From NCBI GenBank assembly GCA_000494145.1, contig AWOE01000005.1, positions 1,582-56,686 of the forward strand: a stretch of DNA of 55,105 bases. Direction: 5' to 3'. This document shows positions 52,193 to 55,105 of this stretch, one piece after another. Origin of the DNA: Candidatus Calditenuaceae archaeon JGI OTU-1 (GTDB lineage: Archaea; Thermoproteota; Nitrososphaeria_A; Caldarchaeales; Calditenuaceae). Both the position numbers and the translations under genes were made by a program. The first letter of the stretch is position 1. Each line of letters begins with the position of its first letter. The notes under the pieces were generated by a model. That model worked only from the letters and a program-made list of their open reading frames with translations. It made no database searches and was not told the origin of the DNA.

Positions 52193-52228
52193 GAGGACAG
52201 AAAGGCGTCGATTCCGGAACAGGGCACC

Positions 52229-53938
52229 TCATGACTTGAACAGCGAGACGGCTTCCTCCCTCAGAACCCTCCTGAGCACCTTGCCAGTCATGCTGACGGG
52301 GAGCTCGTCCTTGAAGAATATCCTGTGAGGAACCTGGAAGGGTGCGAGGTGCTGTCGGCACCACTCCATCAGGTCCTCTTCCCTCACCTTCCCCCTGTAC
52401 TCCGGCTTCAGGACCACGAACATCGTCACCCTCTCGCCGACCTCGACGTCGGGTACGCCCACCACACCGACCGCCTGCACCGCCTCGTGTTTCAGCACGA
52501 CGTTCTCGACCTCAGCCGGGTAAATCGACCATCCCTTGTACTTGATCAGGTCCTTCTTCCGTTCTATGATGTAGAAATATCCCTCCTCGTCGACCTTCGC
52601 TATGTCGCCCGTCCTGAACCAACGCCTGCCGAAGAGGGTGAAGAATGTAGCCTTGTTAGCCTCTGGGTCCTCTAGGTAACCGTCCATGACCTGGGGCCCA
52701 GAGATCGCGAGCTCACCATCCTGACCCACGCCGAGCGGTACGTTCGCGTCGAGCTTGAAGACCCATGCCATGGTGCTCGGCACCGGCAACCCTATCGATC
52801 CCACCTTCACCCTGCCAGGCGGGTTCAGGTGTGTGACGGGGCTCGTCTCGGTGAGGCCGTACCCCTCGGTTATCCTTATCCCGGTCGCGTTCTCGAACCG
52901 TTTCGCTATCTCCTCGTGCAGCTTGTCGGCACCGGAGACGCAGAGCTTGACGTGTGAGAATATCTCTCTCCTGAAGCGCGGCGAGGAGATCATGGCGTTG
53001 TAAAGCGCAGGGACGCCAAAGACGACGGTGATTTTGTACCGCTCTATCAGGTCGAGGATCTCGTCAACGTTCGGCCTCGGAACCACCACCAGCCTGAACC
53101 CGAAGGTGAGACCTATGCCCATGATTGCGGTTTGGCCGTAGATGTGGAAGAACGGAAGCACGGCCAGCACCGTCTCGTCCTCCGAGAGAACGGTCTTGGC
53201 GACCTCGTAGCTCTGGTGGATGTTCGCGACGAGGTTTCGGTGAGTGAGTACGGCGCCCTTCGGCAACCCTGTCGTGCCGCTGGTGAAGCAGATCGCTGCA
53301 GGCGTCGTGGACGGGTCGACCCTCACCACCTCCTCCTTCGATATGGGACTGCTTGAGAGGACGCGCCTGTAGGTCTCGACCATCCTGTTCCTCCTGATCG
53401 GTTTCGAGGGAACCTTCCTCAGGAGCTTGCCCAAGACTCTCTTTGCCGGCGGGAGGTGATCGGCGATGTTCGAGACGATGACCTTCTCGACCGACGTACC
53501 CTCAACGGCCTTCAGGACCTCATCTTGGAAGAGGTCCAGCGTGAAGACGACCTTCGTCCTGCTCTTCCCTAGCATGTAGTTGATCTCCCCTGCCTTGTAC
53601 AGCGGGTTGATCGGGACGACCGCGGCCCCCCTCATCAGGATGCCGAAGTAGGCGGCGATGAACTGGGGAGAGTTGGGCAATACGATGGAGACCCTGTCGC
53701 CCTCCCTCACGCCGATCGACTCGAGGTATCCGGCGACCCTGAGCGCGCTGTCGAGCATCAGCCCGTAGGTGAGCTCCGATCCGGCGAAGATCACGGCCAC
53801 CTTGTTCGACCTCTTTTCAGCCGACTCGAGGAAGAGCTCGTGGTACCCCTTCTCGGGCACCTCTATGTCGGGTCTTATCTCGGGCGGGTAGGATCTGATC
53901 CAGAACCTGTTTACGATAAGCTCGTCTACGGTTGACAT
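52229..53938 (-). CDS. medium/long-chain acyl-CoA synthetase (AMP-forming, FadD-like)
   Basis: 569 aa. FTSGTTGLPKG, GYGLTETS, WFRTGD, RKKDLIKYKGWSIYPAEVE. Confidence 0.88.
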   Translation of the reverse strand: MSTVDELIVNRFWIRSYPPEIRPDIEVPEKGYHELFLESAEKRSNKVAVIFAGSELTYGLMLDSALRVAGYLESIGVREGDRVSIVLPNSPQFIAAYFGILMRGAAVVPINPLYKAGEINYMLGKSRTKVVFTLDLFQDEVLKAVEGTSVEKVIVSNIADHLPPAKRVLGKLLRKVPSKPIRRNRMVETYRRVLSSSPISKEEVVRVDPSTTPAAICFTSGTTGLPKGAVLTHRNLVANIHQSYEVAKTVLSEDETVLAVLPFFHIYGQTAIMGIGLTFGFRLVVVPRPNVDEILDLIERYKITVVFGVPALYNAMISSPRFRREIFSHVKLCVSGADKLHEEIAKRFENATGIRITEGYGLTETSPVTHLNPPGRVKVGSIGLPVPSTMAWVFKLDANVPLGVGQDGELAISGPQVMDGYLEDPEANKATFFTLFGRRWFRTGDIAKVDEEGYFYIIERKKDLIKYKGWSIYPAEVENVVLKHEAVQAVGVVGVPDVEVGERVTMFVVLKPEYRGKVREEDLMEWCRQHLAPFQVPHRIFFKDELPVSMTGKVLRRVLREEAVSLFKS

Positions 53939-54017
53939 CGCTCTTTGGTTATCTGATGCGCGGGACCACTATAAGCGTTTTGAGGCGTAACGGCACCGCG
54001 GTTGATCCCGATCCCCA

Positions 54018-54827
54018 CTACGCTCCGACGACCGCGAGTATCTGCTGCATGAGGCGGGCGTTGCTGGTCGCGATCAAAGGGTAGCGGTTCCTGGTGACGA
54101 GCTCCATCCCTTCCGGGTCGGTGCCGCCGGTCCAGAGCGGGCATCCCAGACGTTTGAGGACGTACATTCCGGGGACTATGTCGAAGACCCTCATCTCGGG
54201 CGTCAGGCAGATGTAGGCGTCGAGCACGCCCAGCGCTATCTGCTCGAGCTCGACGAGCGACGACCCGAGGTTTCTGATGTGCTTCAGGTTCCTGAGTATC
54301 GCAAGATACCTCTCCGCATCCCTTGGTCCCCTCTTGGCTGCCCTGAAATCGAGCGACACGACCGACTCCCTGAGGTCCTCGACGTCTGACGGTCCACTGG
54401 CTCCCTCAGGTAGCTCAACGCCGTCGTCTCCCGCCAGCACGAGTTCTCCGCTGTAGAAGTCCAGCACGCCTGCTGCGAAGACGTCCTTGAACCGCTGCGA
54501 GGACGAGATGGCTATGCCGGCACCGAAGTGCCGCAGCTTCCGCCTCATGTTGGTGCTGCCGTCGACCGGGTCGATCAGCACCACCAGATCCTCCTGCTCC
54601 GCTCTGATTATGCCCGACTCCTCGGCGACGACCGTGCACCTCCTCAGATCGATCGACTTAGAGAGCTCCCTCATGATGGCCTCTTCGCACATCAGGTCGG
54701 CCACCGTCGCCATGTCACCGAAGCCTCCGCGCCTGACCCTCTGAGCCGCCGTCCCCTTCCTCTCCAACTCCCTGTAGACCTCCATCGCCCTCGCCAACGC
54801 CGTCCTGATCAGCTCGCTAGGATCCAC
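54018..54827 (-). CDS. suhB: inositol monophosphatase / fructose-1,6-bisphosphatase family (SuhB-like)
   Basis: 269 aa. VVAEESG, VLIDPVDGSTNM, and a C-terminal WTGGTDPEG region (WD-like motif). Confidence 0.75.
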   Translation of the reverse strand: MDPSELIRTALARAMEVYRELERKGTAAQRVRRGGFGDMATVADLMCEEAIMRELSKSIDLRRCTVVAEESGIIRAEQEDLVVLIDPVDGSTNMRRKLRHFGAGIAISSSQRFKDVFAAGVLDFYSGELVLAGDDGVELPEGASGPSDVEDLRESVVSLDFRAAKRGPRDAERYLAILRNLKHIRNLGSSLVELEQIALGVLDAYICLTPEMRVFDIVPGMYVLKRLGCPLWTGGTDPEGMELVTRNRYPLIATSNARLMQQILAVVGA

Positions 54828-55105
54828 CGGCCCTCGCCCTCCTCCTCACCCCTTTCGCCTCCAGTGCCCTTTTAACGTGTGAGAAGAGGAGCGGGTACCT
54901 TTTCGCCAGCTCGGCCTCGACGAGTTTGGCTAGCTCGCTGCTTATGCTGAACCTCGGCTGCGTGTTCTTCAGGTAGTTCAGGACTGCCGCGGCCACCGGC
55001 GAGTAAAAGGCCAATCTCGGTTGCGAGACTGCCTGCGAGACGCTGATCAAGACTGCCTTCCTGTCGATCTGCGTCTTGCTTCCCTCCTCTGTCCCCCGTC
55101 CCTTC
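54817..55105 (-). CDS. hypothetical small protein, 5' end outside the window
   Basis: The reverse-strand frame stays open to the window edge (KGRGTEEGSKTQIDRKAVLISVSQAVSQPRLAFYSPV ... KRALEAKGVRRRARAGGS). Overlaps the suhB-like start by 11 nt. No recognisable motif. Confidence 0.35.
   Translation of the reverse strand, partial: KGRGTEEGSKTQIDRKAVLISVSQAVSQPRLAFYSPVAAAVLNYLKNTQPRFSISSELAKLVEAELAKRYPLLFSHVKRALEAKGVRRRARAGGS

Noticed and set aside
1-55105. CRISPR arrays, integrases/transposases, prophage or toxin-antitoxin modules
   Set aside because: I found no regularly spaced direct repeats, no recombinase or transposase motifs, and no small paired ORFs with recognisable TA domains. The tRNA-Ser is not flanked by an integrase or a duplicated tRNA 3' end.

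Overview
This is a high-GC archaeal chromosomal segment. Spot counts of 60-nt lines give about 60-65% G+C, with a dip to about 40-55% around 25.9-27.8 kb. It is very gene-dense: about 60 protein genes and one intron-containing tRNA-Ser. I saw no rRNA, CRISPR array, integrase or transposase. Gene content points to an aerobic or microaerophilic TACK/Thermoproteota-like archaeon: CdvB (ESCRT-III with a winged-helix tail) and CdvC (Vps4), two Hjc-type resolvases, PurP, GHMP-type shikimate kinase, Pth2, a crenarchaeal-style MetRS N-terminus, a 3-hydroxyacyl-CoA dehydrogenase/enoyl-CoA hydratase fusion, SOD, heme O synthase and a PCu(A)C copper chaperone. Functional blocks, left to right: (1) housekeeping genes, a glycosyltransferase and a repeat-rich surface protein; (2) transporters, SfsA, a PIN-PilT-KH ATPase and SufU; (3) convergent cdvC/cdvB; (4) an acyl-CoA block with 2-oxoacid dehydrogenase E1 alpha/beta, acyl-CoA dehydrogenase, two thiolase-fold proteins, two DUF35 proteins and acetoacetyl-CoA synthetase; (5) a DNA-repair neighbourhood with two small wHTH paralogs, NurA-HerA, Ogg and Nth; (6) cofactor and tRNA-modification genes (PPAT, TldD, QueC/QueD); (7) a second acyl-CoA block. 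Most promoters look leaderless, with a TATA-like box 21-25 nt upstream of the start codon, and ten operon junctions use 4-nt ATGA/GTGA overlaps. The most unusual observations are: (a) three loci (MetRS, E1 alpha, second DUF35) where the best-supported initiation codon sits exactly 1 nt out of frame with clearly conserved N-terminal coding sequence; (b) a thiolase-fold pair in which all three thiolase catalytic motifs are degenerate, coupled to two DUF35 proteins; (c) a stand-alone NurA-HerA module preceded by two overlapping paralogous small wHTH proteins of unknown family. All family assignments come from motif recognition by eye; no database search was possible.
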